Shown in pieces: positions 38,907-49,264 of a stretch of 63,515 bases of DNA (position 1 is its first letter; each line of letters starts with the position of its first letter). This DNA comes from Pseudobdellovibrionaceae bacterium. Lineage in GTDB: Bacteria; Bdellovibrionota; Bdellovibrionia; Bdellovibrionales; Bdellovibrionaceae. Location: NCBI GenBank assembly GCA_039810425.1, contig JBDHWW010000019.1, positions 1 through 63,515 on the forward strand, in the 5' to 3' direction. A program made the position numbers and the translations under genes. The notes beneath the pieces are model-generated. The model had not been told where the DNA came from and made no database searches. It worked only from the letters and a program-made list of their open reading frames with translations.

Positions 38907-39623
38907 ATGCAGGGCTTTTTAAACTTTATCAATGATGCAGGTGTGGTAGGTTGGATCATCCTTCTTACTGGCGTGGGTTCTATGGTGCTCGTGTTCGAGC
39001 GCGCTAAGACGCTTTACTTCTCTTACGGCATGAACGTTGATGACTTCATGGCGAAGACACAAAATCTTGTTTTGGCCAAGAAACTCGATGAAGCCCTTTT
39101 GATGTGCGCGCAAATGGAATCAAAGCCATTGGCTCGCGCTTTCAAAACAATTCTCGAGAAAGCCGACCGTGATGACGAAACCATCTTCCAAGCTCATGAC
39201 ATCGCGATGTCTGAGAACGTACCCCTCTATACTAAGCGTTTGCACTACCTCTCAATGTTAGCCAACGTGGCAACATTGCTCGGTCTCTTGGGTACGATCC
39301 ACGGTCTGATCTTGTCGTTCCAAGCGGTTGCGCAAGCGGATCCGGCAATGAAACAACAATTGTTGGCCCATGGTATCTCGGTATCCATGTATACAACAGC
39401 TTTGGGTCTTGCCGTTGCAATCCCGGCGATGGTGTTCTTCTCTTTCTTGACTGCCCGCCAAAACCAATTGATCGAGCAGATCTCTGAGAAGTGCTCTAAG
39501 TTGACGGAGTTGCTGACGAGTTCACACATCCCTACATTAAACCGTCAAACTGTATTCCCTGACCAAGTTGCGGCCCCTAAAACGACTGTAACGCCACCTT
39601 CTTCAGGGGTGAAAGCTTCTTAA
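38907..39623 (+). CDS. aglR: MotA/TolQ/ExbB-family motor subunit (AglR-like)
   Basis: ANVATLLGLLGTIHGLI, GISVSMYTTALGLAVAIP. Confidence 0.85.
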   Translation: MQGFLNFINDAGVVGWIILLTGVGSMVLVFERAKTLYFSYGMNVDDFMAKTQNLVLAKKLDEALLMCAQMESKPLARAFKTILEKADRDDETIFQAHDIAMSENVPLYTKRLHYLSMLANVATLLGLLGTIHGLILSFQAVAQADPAMKQQLLAHGISVSMYTTALGLAVAIPAMVFFSFLTARQNQLIEQISEKCSKLTELLTSSHIPTLNRQTVFPDQVAAPKTTVTPPSSGVKAS

Positions 39624-39709
39624 CTAGAGCTTTGGTAAATCTCGACAGGAGGGACTCCTTGGGCTGGAGTCCCGGCCCCTGAGTCGGCTCTCGAACGTGG
39701 AGAATATTT

Positions 39710-40261
39710 ATGAGACGCGGTAAGAAAATTAAAATTAATCATGAGTACGAATTCGAATTGGATTTGGCGCCATTGCTTGCCGTAATGGTAAAACTCGTTC
39801 CGGTTCTGCTCGTTTCTTCGGCTTTCGTTCAGATGATGACAATTGAAACTCAATTGCCCCAAGTGGTGCAACAGGCGATTGAAAAGAACGAAAAAGACGA
39901 AAAAGCCACTCATATCTCGATTGAAGTGAAAGAGAAAGAGGGCGTAAAAATCGTCGTTAAACGCAACGACGGTAAAGAGAGCAGCGAAGTGGTACCTAAA
40001 AAAGCGGATGGCACTTATGACTTTGCTTTACTTCATACCCGACTGGTGGCTGTAAAACAGCAAAACCCGGAAGTTTTCAAAGTGGACCTCTCTCCAGATG
40101 GCAGCGTTCCTTATAACGACATCGTTCGCGTCATGGACGAAGCCCGCCGCAGCCGTGACAACAATATTCGCTTCCCAATCACGGACAAGCAAACCAACAA
40201 GGAAACCCAGACAGACTATATGTTTCCTGAAGTTACTTTCGCAAATACGATGGAGGGCTAA
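39710..40261 (+). CDS. ExbD/TolR-family subunit (AglQ-like), lacking the conserved TM Asp
   Basis: ELDLAPLLAVMVKLVPVLL TM; VPYNDIVRVMDEAR, MFPEV. Confidence 0.78.
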   Translation: MRRGKKIKINHEYEFELDLAPLLAVMVKLVPVLLVSSAFVQMMTIETQLPQVVQQAIEKNEKDEKATHISIEVKEKEGVKIVVKRNDGKESSEVVPKKADGTYDFALLHTRLVAVKQQNPEVFKVDLSPDGSVPYNDIVRVMDEARRSRDNNIRFPITDKQTNKETQTDYMFPEVTFANTMEG

Positions 40262-40264
40262 GCC

Positions 40265-40762
40265 ATGGCAAGACGTAAATACGAACTGCCGAAACAAAAG
40301 AACTCGTTTGGTCTGAACATCACGTCTATGACGGATATGTTCACGATCCTCCTCGTGTTCCTTCTGCAAACTTACTCAACTTCGAATGTAGAACTCATTC
40401 CCGAGGCGGGCCTAAGATTGCCGCAGTCAACAACTTCCACCAACCCTGTGGAGTCAATTAAACTTGTCGTTTCAAAAGATCTGGTGAAGTTGGATAAAAC
40501 CAAGATTGCAGATATGAAGGATGCCAATTTCGAGGCGAAAGACATCGACCCGAATGACAGCAACTTCGTTATGCCTATTTTCAACGAACTCGATAAAATC
40601 GCTAAAGACGAAAAACTGAAAGATGACCCAGCCGTTAAAGAAGGACGTATTTTGTTGCAAGCGGATGCTGCTCTTCCTTACTCAGTATTGAGAAAGGTGA
40701 TGTACACCGCTTCAATGGCCGGTTTTCCGCAGATGAAATTAGTGACTGTTGTCGGAAACTAG
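40265..40762 (+). CDS. aglS: ExbD/TolR-family subunit (AglS-like)
   Basis: LNITSMTDMFTILLVFLL; LQADAALPYSVLRKVMYTASMAGF. Confidence 0.82.
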   Translation: MARRKYELPKQKNSFGLNITSMTDMFTILLVFLLQTYSTSNVELIPEAGLRLPQSTTSTNPVESIKLVVSKDLVKLDKTKIADMKDANFEAKDIDPNDSNFVMPIFNELDKIAKDEKLKDDPAVKEGRILLQADAALPYSVLRKVMYTASMAGFPQMKLVTVVGN

Positions 40763-40775
40763 TCGGAGAATTTTT

Positions 40776-43700
40776 ATGAGCTCACGTATGTTCTGGATCC
40801 TTCTTACTTCAATGGTCGTTGCGCAGCCAGCATTCGCGAAAAAGGATGAAGGCAAAGGTCTTCTTCCTGAGGTTCGCATTGGCAGTGGCGGCAGCGAAAC
40901 TGAAAATGACAAAAAAGCTTTGACCTCAGAGATTCTCATCACTCGTTCAGAAAACAAAGCGATCGATTCCCTGCAAAAGCTTATTAAAAGTAAAAAGCCA
41001 GGCAGCCCGGAGAATGCGGACCTCTTGTACCGCCTTGCCGAGCTTTACATGCGTAGATCCAAATCCGGCCGCTTCTTTGACATGAACGCGAACAACCCTG
41101 TTCTGCAGAAAAGTTCATTCCCAATTCCGAACGAACATGGCGCAGACGCGGTGAAACGCGCTATCTCCATTTATACTCGCTTGGAAAAAGACCATCCCAA
41201 CTTCCGCGATATGGATGCGGTACTCTTCAATAATGCGTTTGCGCACCAACAAATTGGCAAGGGCACAGAGGCTTCTGTGCTCTTTAACCGCTTGGTGGAT
41301 AAGTTTCCTAAATCTCCGCTGATTGCCGACGGTACTTTGGCGCTCGGAGAGCTCTTGTATGATCAAGGTAAATTCCAGCCGGCGCTGGAACAGTTTCTTA
41401 AAATTGAAAGAATGCCGAAATCCCGCGTTTATTCTTACGGTTTGTATAAGGCCGCTTGGGCCTACTACAATTTGAAAGACTCAGATAACGGCATTAAGCG
41501 TCTTTTGATGGTGGTCAAAACAAACCCACCACTCCAAGACGGCGAAGTTCCAACGAACCGTCATAACCTGCGCAAAGAGGCTTTGCGTGACTTGACGATC
41601 TTCGTCGGTGACGCCTACCCTGCTGACAAACTTTATGCTTTCTTCGAAAAAATCACTCAGAATAACGAGCTCGGTCCCTCGATGATTGACCTGGCAAAAC
41701 TCTATGAATCTCATAGCCGTCAAAAGGAAATGGGAATCTTTCTGGGTGAGTTTATCGATAAGAATCCTTCAAACCCTTACTTGGTAAAAGCAAACCTTTA
41801 CCTTGTCGACGCCTATGAAGATCTCAAACAACGCGATAAAGTGATCGGCCATCTTCAAGCGGCAAGTGGCCTCTGCAAGCCAAACTCCGCGTGGAGATCA
41901 ACTCAGAAGCCAGAGGATGCCGCTGAGTACTGCGACAAGGATTTCCGCCACAACTCATTAGAGATAGCTAAAAAATGGTGGGAAATTTGGATGAAGAACA
42001 AGCAAAACATTGCGTTCTCAGACTTGACCCAAAAATCTTTCCGTTTGATCCTCGAGAACGAAGACCTGGCAAAACCGGATGTGAAAACCCACTTTGCCCT
42101 GGCGGAACTCCTCTTCCAATTGGGCAAGTACGATGAGGCCAGCCAAGAATACAAATTCGTCGGCGACCGCGCCCAAGAGCCCACTCTTCAGCACGATGCC
42201 AACTACGGCGCGCTTTATGCGATCGAAAAATCTATGGAGAAATCCAAAGGAAAAGATCCTGCCAAGGATACTTTACGCAAAGAACTTGCGACAAACTATT
42301 TAATGAAGCATCCAAACGGCAAATACGCTTTGAATGTCCGCTTTAAGATGGGCCACATCGCGTATGAGGAAAACAACTTTCCAGAGGCTGAAAAATGGTT
42401 GAGCCAAATCGCCGGCTCCAACAAAGATCTGGAATTGAAGAAAAAAGCCGAAGACTTGATGCTTGATATGCTCAACATGAAGAAAGACTATGCGGGCTTG
42501 CAAAAGCTTTCTAAGAAAATCATTGCTTCCGGTGCCAACGATGACCGTAAGAAATCGATGAACAAAATCATGGAAGAATCTAGCTTTGCGGAAATTCAAG
42601 AAGTTGCTAAAGGAGCTGACCCCATTGTGGCGGCTCGTAAATTGATTGACTTCGCCAAAGAACATGAGACCTCTCCAATGGCTAAAGATGCTTTGTGGCA
42701 AGCTCTAAGCTTGCTCTATGCCAATGGCCGCCAGTTTGAAGCGGCGGAATTGAGCCTTCAGTACGCGAAAAAATATCCTACAGATAAAAAGACTTTGGAT
42801 GGCTTGAAGGATGCGGCACGCTCTTATGCTGAAATTGGCCAGCTCACCAAAGCGGCTGAGACTTTGAGAATGATCGCTGATATGGACAAGAAGACGGCTA
42901 AAGCCAATATCGAATTGGCGGCGGACTTTCTCCGTCTTGAGGGCCGCATCAAAGAATCCCGCGACATCTATGTGACATTGATGAAGGACGCGGACAAAAA
43001 GAACCAAGCGCGCTTGATTTTAAAAATCATGGCGACTTACGGTGGCAAAACGAACCATCCGGAATACCAGAATCTCCAAGAAAAGATCTTGGCTATCAAT
43101 ATGGAGCCTTATGCGACGCAAATCCTTTTGGAGCGCGCGGAGAAACTCTATAGCACCGGCAAGAAAACAGCGGCTTTCGACGCCGCTAAAAAGATCATGG
43201 CACGCGGTATCTCTGGCGAGGAAAAAGCACCCGCACGCCTGATCCAAGCCCAGGTTTTGGAATCTGAATTGGTTCAGCAAAGCGTGAAAGCTAAAATGGA
43301 TAAGTTTGCCATGGTTCTTGGCCTTAAAACCGAAAAACTCGATAAAGCCCAACAAGCTTATTTGAATGTGCTTTCCCTTTCTAAAGACGAAAAAGTCGTT
43401 CGGAAGGCTTTGGCGGGCCTGGACCGCTGCTACGCAAACTACATCGATGCTTTGCAAAACATCCCACTCCCTGGTGGCTTGACCCCTGCTGAAAAAGACA
43501 CTTTGAAGGGCGAGCTCGCTAAGATCGTCACTCCTATTCAAGGCAAAAAAACCGAAAATGAAACACGCCTGAAAACATTGGTTGTTGTTCGCGCTACCAC
43601 TGACAGCAAGGACCGCGACTATTCAGAGATGAGCCCGGAAGGTACGATCACCCCTTCGGTTTCCTACCCTCCAGCAAATCAGTTTGAAGCGTACTTGACC

Positions 43701-44492
43701 GCGAAGACTGATTTGAGTCCCGCACGTGTTCAAAAAAGCCAGGCGAAAGTTTGCTCTCGTACTTTCACGACGAAAGATGCGAAGATCCAATCTATCCTGG
43801 ATATGGCAAACAACTGCTATGTCTCAAAACAATACGACATAACCGAGAAGCTCGCTCTGGAACTAGCTAAATTCAAAGATACGCGGTCATTAGGGCTTTA
43901 TTATTTAAGCTTGGCTTCGGATGCCCGTGAACAACGTGAAAAGGCCGCGTGGCTCATTGATGAACTCCTGAAGACTCAAAGTGAGAACGCCTTGGTCTTG
44001 TATCAGAAGGGCCGTCTCATGTATGAGCTCGAAGATATCAATGCGGCGATTCCGTTTTTTGCCAAAGTTGTAGACATGAACATAGGTTCGTCAGAAATCT
44101 CAACTTTCGCTGCCGTAAAAGCATACACTGAAAAAGATTACATCACTTCTACAGAGAATTTCTCGCGGCTGACTCAGGACCAGGTGTATACTTACAATAT
44201 AGGACCTTTGTTCAGTGAGGCGTGGGCCCAACGAGGAGAGGCGGAGAAAGGTATTCAGTTAATTACTGAATTGTCCGTTAAGAAAAAAGACAATATAGAC
44301 ATCATGTTGCAACAGGCCCACTTGATTGAAGTTTATAAGTCATCTGATATTGGTACGGCTAAGCAAGTGTACGAAAGAGTTGCTAAAGTCACATCGAAAC
44401 CAGATTTAAAAGAATGGGTTGGTAAAAAATTAACAATCCTGAAGGGACAGATTCCAAACCAAGGTAAGGTAACGTCCCTCGAAAAAGAGTAA
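40776..44492 (+). CDS. Large periplasmic TPR protein (AgmU/GltD-like)
   Basis: Signal peptide (..PAFA), LYRLAELY, YGLYKAAWAYYNL, LRKEALRDL, many TPRs; GGAG RBS before ATG 40776. Confidence 0.8.
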   Translation: MSSRMFWILLTSMVVAQPAFAKKDEGKGLLPEVRIGSGGSETENDKKALTSEILITRSENKAIDSLQKLIKSKKPGSPENADLLYRLAELYMRRSKSGRFFDMNANNPVLQKSSFPIPNEHGADAVKRAISIYTRLEKDHPNFRDMDAVLFNNAFAHQQIGKGTEASVLFNRLVDKFPKSPLIADGTLALGELLYDQGKFQPALEQFLKIERMPKSRVYSYGLYKAAWAYYNLKDSDNGIKRLLMVVKTNPPLQDGEVPTNRHNLRKEALRDLTIFVGDAYPADKLYAFFEKITQNNELGPSMIDLAKLYESHSRQKEMGIFLGEFIDKNPSNPYLVKANLYLVDAYEDLKQRDKVIGHLQAASGLCKPNSAWRSTQKPEDAAEYCDKDFRHNSLEIAKKWWEIWMKNKQNIAFSDLTQKSFRLILENEDLAKPDVKTHFALAELLFQLGKYDEASQEYKFVGDRAQEPTLQHDANYGALYAIEKSMEKSKGKDPAKDTLRKELATNYLMKHPNGKYALNVRFKMGHIAYEENNFPEAEKWLSQIAGSNKDLELKKKAEDLMLDMLNMKKDYAGLQKLSKKIIASGANDDRKKSMNKIMEESSFAEIQEVAKGADPIVAARKLIDFAKEHETSPMAKDALWQALSLLYANGRQFEAAELSLQYAKKYPTDKKTLDGLKDAARSYAEIGQLTKAAETLRMIADMDKKTAKANIELAADFLRLEGRIKESRDIYVTLMKDADKKNQARLILKIMATYGGKTNHPEYQNLQEKILAINMEPYATQILLERAEKLYSTGKKTAAFDAAKKIMARGISGEEKAPARLIQAQVLESELVQQSVKAKMDKFAMVLGLKTEKLDKAQQAYLNVLSLSKDEKVVRKALAGLDRCYANYIDALQNIPLPGGLTPAEKDTLKGELAKIVTPIQGKKTENETRLKTLVVVRATTDSKDRDYSEMSPEGTITPSVSYPPANQFEAYLTAKTDLSPARVQKSQAKVCSRTFTTKDAKIQSILDMANNCYVSKQYDITEKLALELAKFKDTRSLGLYYLSLASDAREQREKAAWLIDELLKTQSENALVLYQKGRLMYELEDINAAIPFFAKVVDMNIGSSEISTFAAVKAYTEKDYITSTENFSRLTQDQVYTYNIGPLFSEAWAQRGEAEKGIQLITELSVKKKDNIDIMLQQAHLIEVYKSSDIGTAKQVYERVAKVTSKPDLKEWVGKKLTILKGQIPNQGKVTSLEKE

Positions 44493-44583
44493 GTGGCCTG
44501 CGGGCCAAAAATTTAAATAGTACGTTGATCTAATAATTGAGTCGCTCTGCTAGTAATTCCGAAGACTTGTTATGGAGGAACAG

Positions 44584-44826
44584 TTGAAAACATTAATCGT
44601 AGGATTAATTGTTGGTTTAGGAATGGTTACGACGGCAGAGGCGAAGCAAAAGGTTACTCGTAAAGTCCAAGAGGTTAATTTCGGTGAAATGAACCTCAAA
44701 GGCACGATTCGTAATCCTGATGGCGCCTACCTAGTACAGAAGAAAGGGATTAAATTCCTTCCGCTGTACGATATCCAAAAAGATATGGATAGCCGCATCC
44801 GCGAATCGAGCCTTTACCTGAGATAG
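44584..44826 (+). CDS. Small secreted protein, CglF/GltF-like
   Basis: TTG after GGAGG; signal peptide; EVNFGEMNLKGTIRNPDGAYL motif; located before the gltG-like gene. Confidence 0.7.
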   Translation: MKTLIVGLIVGLGMVTTAEAKQKVTRKVQEVNFGEMNLKGTIRNPDGAYLVQKKGIKFLPLYDIQKDMDSRIRESSLYLR

Positions 44827-44875
44827 CTTAGTCAACCACGCATTGACTAGAGATTTAAGACTTTACGGGGTACGT

Positions 44876-46327
44876 ATGAACAACACTTTAATCGTCAAAC
44901 AACGTCTTAAGAACGGAACGACCAAGACTTGGAAGCTTCGTTCGTCACAGCCAGTCTACACTTTTGGTGGATCAAGACTCGCTGATGTGATCTCCATCTC
45001 CCCTACTTCACAGGGCATGCAAGGGACTTTCGAGTGCCGGGACGGCAAATGGTGGTATATCGACATGAACATCGATGCCGTGGCATCCTTGGACTCATGT
45101 GAAATCGCGATTGATGGGGAAAAGACTCTCGAGATCGCCGACTCTACTCTGCACTTAACCCCCGTGTTGAGAGAGGCAAACCTGTATCAACGCCTTGAAA
45201 GAGCTTCCCACGAAAATGACGGCACTAAAAAACCTTATCAGCTCTTTCTCGTAAAGTTGCAAGATAAGGTCATTGAGACCCGCGTAGTTCCAATGGGTCA
45301 GAGCTTTATTCCCGAAATGGCCGTCACCAAAAAAGTTATTCCTTCAAAAGACTCATCTTCTTGGATTCAATACACTTTGGATCAATACATTGTCCGCCAA
45401 AAAACCGTTTACTTGACAGCAGAAGAGGCGATGAATCGCATCACCGCGTCCCAAATGGTTGATGGCGATAGTAAAAAAGGCCTCTTGATCGTCGGCCTTG
45501 CGGCTTTGATGATCGGTGGCCTGACTTTGATGTCTCCGAAAAAGGAAGAGGTTACCCAGGTCGTCATTCCTCCTCCTGCACAAAAAGTCATTGTTAAAAC
45601 AGATAAAATGAAAAAAGTTGCCCAGGCAAAACCGGTACAACCTCAGCAAGCTCCCGCAGCTCCTAAAGAGCAAAAGGTTGCCAGCGCAGCTGCTGGTAAC
45701 GGCAAAATCGCGAACATGTTGAAAGCAGTTTCTGACCCGCGCCTTTCCCGTTTAATCGGCAAAGTCTCCGCTCAAGCAGCGAAAAGTGGAAACGTGATTG
45801 TTTCTAACGGCGTGAAAGCAGGTGCCGGCGTTGGTGGCCGTGCCCTGGCGGCTGTTGGCAACATCGACCGTTCCGGCCGTGACTACGGCACGGATTCTAC
45901 CGCCCAAGGTGTGATGATTTCTACTGCGGGCCGTGGCGGTGGTAAGAACACGGCCGGTATCGGCGGCCTCGGTGCCGGTAACACGGGTAACGGTGGCGTT
46001 GGTTTGATTGAAGAGGAAAGTGAAATTGTCGGCGGTTTGGACCGTGAAGTGATCGCTCAGTACATCAAGTCCCAATTGGGCCAAATTTTGTACTGCTATG
46101 AACGCCAACTCAGCGCTCACCCTGACCTGTTTGGTAAAGTTGCTGTTAAATTTACTATTGCTGGAACTGGATCGGTAGAAACACAGGCCATTGGTGATAC
46201 CACACTTAAAAATGCGACCGTCGAAGGATGTATCTTGAATAAGGTCGCTAAATGGAAGTTCCCTGCCCCTGCCGGAGGGACGAAAGTGCTCGTCACTTAT
46301 CCATTCTTATTCAAGAGTACTAACTAA
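44876..46327 (+). CDS. GltG/PglI-like TonB-box energy transducer
   Basis: Degenerate FHA-like N-terminus, single TM, Gly-rich linker, GGLDREVI...LYCYERQL...GKVAVKF...WKFPAPAGG..VTYPFLF. Confidence 0.85.
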   Translation: MNNTLIVKQRLKNGTTKTWKLRSSQPVYTFGGSRLADVISISPTSQGMQGTFECRDGKWWYIDMNIDAVASLDSCEIAIDGEKTLEIADSTLHLTPVLREANLYQRLERASHENDGTKKPYQLFLVKLQDKVIETRVVPMGQSFIPEMAVTKKVIPSKDSSSWIQYTLDQYIVRQKTVYLTAEEAMNRITASQMVDGDSKKGLLIVGLAALMIGGLTLMSPKKEEVTQVVIPPPAQKVIVKTDKMKKVAQAKPVQPQQAPAAPKEQKVASAAAGNGKIANMLKAVSDPRLSRLIGKVSAQAAKSGNVIVSNGVKAGAGVGGRALAAVGNIDRSGRDYGTDSTAQGVMISTAGRGGGKNTAGIGGLGAGNTGNGGVGLIEEESEIVGGLDREVIAQYIKSQLGQILYCYERQLSAHPDLFGKVAVKFTIAGTGSVETQAIGDTTLKNATVEGCILNKVAKWKFPAPAGGTKVLVTYPFLFKSTN

Positions 46328-46345
46328 GACGGAGGAACTAAAATC

Positions 46346-47119
46346 ATGAAAACTCTCACGCTCACGTTGATGCTATTAGGGAGTTCCTTAGCATACGCCC
46401 AAACGACCGCCCCTGCTGCGCCTAAGGCAGCCGCGCCAACTAACTCTGGCAGTGACAAGCTTGATATTAAAAAGCTTGAGCAAAAATATTGGTCCGCAAA
46501 AGACGACGACTTCGCCGTCGTGCAAAACCGTCGTTATACCAAAGCCGGCCGCTTTTTCTTGAGCGCTAACGGCGGTGTTCCATTCAATGACCCATTCTCT
46601 TCAGGCAATATCTATGGTGCTACCTTCGGTTATTTTTTCAACGAGCGCTGGGGTATCGATGTCGACTACAAATCCGGCAGCCTGCACGACAATGATGCGA
46701 CTTCACAGTTCCAAAACCAATACGGAACTTATCCCGACCACAACGTGTTTAAATCTTCGATGATCGCTTCCGTGACGCTTGTTCCGTTCTACGCGAAAAT
46801 GAGCTTCATGGATACTTCAATCATTTACTTCGACATGGGCTTCTCGCTCGGTGCCGGTACTTTGGCTTACGTTATTAATCAAAAAGAGGGCGAGTTGAGC
46901 GAGAACTCAGCTGTGGCGAAGATCTCGGTATTTCAACAGATCTTCTTCTCTGAGCACTTTGCCTTGAGAGCCGACCTCTCAAACACATGGGCGAATGAAA
47001 AACGTATGAAGTACTACACTCCAAGTGACCCATTGCATGGTTACTCTGGAGCCCGTGATCTTGGCACTAAGATGACAAACGATACTTCACTTTTGTTAGG
47101 CATAACTTACTGGTTCTAA
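46346..47119 (+). CDS. Outer membrane beta-barrel (GltA/B/H-like)
   Basis: Signal peptide; VVQNRRYTKAGRF, NDPF, PFYAKMS, terminal GITYWF. Confidence 0.8.
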   Translation: MKTLTLTLMLLGSSLAYAQTTAPAAPKAAAPTNSGSDKLDIKKLEQKYWSAKDDDFAVVQNRRYTKAGRFFLSANGGVPFNDPFSSGNIYGATFGYFFNERWGIDVDYKSGSLHDNDATSQFQNQYGTYPDHNVFKSSMIASVTLVPFYAKMSFMDTSIIYFDMGFSLGAGTLAYVINQKEGELSENSAVAKISVFQQIFFSEHFALRADLSNTWANEKRMKYYTPSDPLHGYSGARDLGTKMTNDTSLLLGITYWF

Positions 47120-47176
47120 AGATTCTAGGTAGCTGTAAACGTTATTTCAAATTGCTGAGCTGCTTTAGGGGGACTT

Positions 47177-49252
47177 ATGAAGACAAATAAATTGGTACTG
47201 GCTTTAGTGGCCGCGAGCGTGTCTGCAGGGACTACCGCTCACGCGCAAAAAGCAAAAACGTACATGAAGAGTAGCAATGTCCCTGCTTACAACCTCGTTA
47301 AAGCAAAAAAGACGAACGAAGTTCCTCGTTTGAGCATTGGCGCTGAAAAAGAAGTCACTGCCAATATCAAGACCTTGAATCTTCCAGAAGCAGCACAGGT
47401 GAATCTCGCCCCTGTTTCCAGAAAAACCGCGGCCCCGGTGATGCAGTTTCCAATAGACTACGGCAAAATCATTCCCGCCCAAGGAGCTAAGTCCGTCACT
47501 GGAAAAAATGCTATCGCGAACGTTCCAGAACTCAATGTTTTGAACGAAGTTGGCGAGCCTAATCTTGAAACAGTGGAAGCAAAACCTGCATTGCAACCAA
47601 TGATCGAGATGAAACCTAATGACTACAAAATGCTTCAAGCTTTGATCTTCCTTGAATACCAAAAAAACTACGAATTGGCTTTGGGCCTCTTCTCTGAGTT
47701 GATGGAAGACCCTGAGTATCGTACAGAAGCGTGGTATAACTATGCCTTGACCGCGAAGGGTCTAGGCATCAACTCCGAATTCCGTATGGGTATGATCAAA
47801 GTTGCGACCGATGCGAAGAGCAAAGAATGGCAGGAAAAGGCTGTTCACGACCTCGTGGACAATATCAGCATCCTCAAAGTATCTGACATCAAGTACATCG
47901 ACCCTTTGATCACAAAGTACGATATCGATACGACGCAGAATGAAACTTACCAAATGTATCGTGCCAAGTACTATCTTGAAGCGGGTCAATTGGGCCAGGT
48001 TGAAGATGCATTAATATTCATTGCTGATAAATCTACATACTATCCTGAAGCCACCATGATTAACGCCCTGTCACTCTACCGCCAAGGCAAAGTGGATGAT
48101 GCGATCATGACCTTAAACCGCTTGATGGAAATCACTGATGGCGACAGAAAGAGCACCATCCGCAACGTTGGCGCTTTAACTCTCGGCCGTATGTATTTCC
48201 AAAAAGGGGCCTATAAAGACTCGTTCCAGGCTTACTTGAAAGTCGACAAAACAAACCCGATGTGGTTGCAAGCGATGACTGAACAAGCGTGGACACAAAT
48301 CATGGCTGAAGACTATGAAGGTGCTTCCGGCAACATGTTCTCGTTGCACACAGACTTCTTCAAAAACGCGTTTGCCCCGGAATCTTACACCGTTCGCACT
48401 GTGGGTTACTTGAATCTTTGCCAATATGGCGACGGCATCCAGGTATTGACTGAAATGAAGAAAAAGTTTGGCACATTGAAGACCAAACTATCCGCCTACC
48501 AAGCGGCTAACGACAAGGCTCCGCTCCATTACTATGACACGATCAAAACGTGGATGAAGAACAGTGATCGTAAAGACGTCGATGGTATTCCTCGTGCCTT
48601 CATCGTGGAAATGGCCCGCCATCCGTCGTTCACAGTTCCACAAACTGAGATCAATACGACAGAAGATGAAATTGCCCGCTTTAACAAAGTGACTTTGACC
48701 TTGCTTAGCCGCGAAAAATCAACAATGAAAAAAGCGGGCGAAGCGGGCAAAGAAATCAGCGACATCCGCAAAAAGCTGATTGATAACAAGAAATCAGCTT
48801 CTTTAACAGAGGCTTTGGCTAGCGCGGAAAAGCGCCAAATGAGCTTCAAGATTCAGCAGTTCATTGCGCAAAAGGCTCGTACTTCGATTAAAAAGCTCCG
48901 TGAAATGGGTATCGCCCGCATGGAGAAAGAAAAAGCGGATCTTCGCATGGAAGCCGGCAACGCTTTAAAAACACGTATGACTCAATTGGCGGGTGGCTTG
49001 AACCGTGTGCTTGAGCAAAACGAAGTCCTTGCTTATGAACTCTACTCTGGTGCCGGTGAACACATCCGCTATCAAATGGCGGGTGGTGACATCACAGAGA
49101 AAGAACGTCCGGAATTGAAAGTGGAAGCTAATAAGAGCCTCAACTGGAAGTTCCAAGGCGAAATCTGGGAGGACGAAGTGGGTCACTACCGCTCTTCGCT
49201 CAAGAATGTATGCCCTCAGGACGACAAAGTAACTAGTTTGGATCAAAATTAA
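47177..49252 (+). CDS. TPR protein (GltC-like)
   Basis: Signal peptide; EQAWT, FFKNAFAPESY..YLNLCQY, WKFQGEIWEDEVGHYRSSLKNVC. Confidence 0.78.
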   Translation: MKTNKLVLALVAASVSAGTTAHAQKAKTYMKSSNVPAYNLVKAKKTNEVPRLSIGAEKEVTANIKTLNLPEAAQVNLAPVSRKTAAPVMQFPIDYGKIIPAQGAKSVTGKNAIANVPELNVLNEVGEPNLETVEAKPALQPMIEMKPNDYKMLQALIFLEYQKNYELALGLFSELMEDPEYRTEAWYNYALTAKGLGINSEFRMGMIKVATDAKSKEWQEKAVHDLVDNISILKVSDIKYIDPLITKYDIDTTQNETYQMYRAKYYLEAGQLGQVEDALIFIADKSTYYPEATMINALSLYRQGKVDDAIMTLNRLMEITDGDRKSTIRNVGALTLGRMYFQKGAYKDSFQAYLKVDKTNPMWLQAMTEQAWTQIMAEDYEGASGNMFSLHTDFFKNAFAPESYTVRTVGYLNLCQYGDGIQVLTEMKKKFGTLKTKLSAYQAANDKAPLHYYDTIKTWMKNSDRKDVDGIPRAFIVEMARHPSFTVPQTEINTTEDEIARFNKVTLTLLSREKSTMKKAGEAGKEISDIRKKLIDNKKSASLTEALASAEKRQMSFKIQQFIAQKARTSIKKLREMGIARMEKEKADLRMEAGNALKTRMTQLAGGLNRVLEQNEVLAYELYSGAGEHIRYQMAGGDITEKERPELKVEANKSLNWKFQGEIWEDEVGHYRSSLKNVCPQDDKVTSLDQN

Positions 49253-49264
49253 AAGGAGACGACC

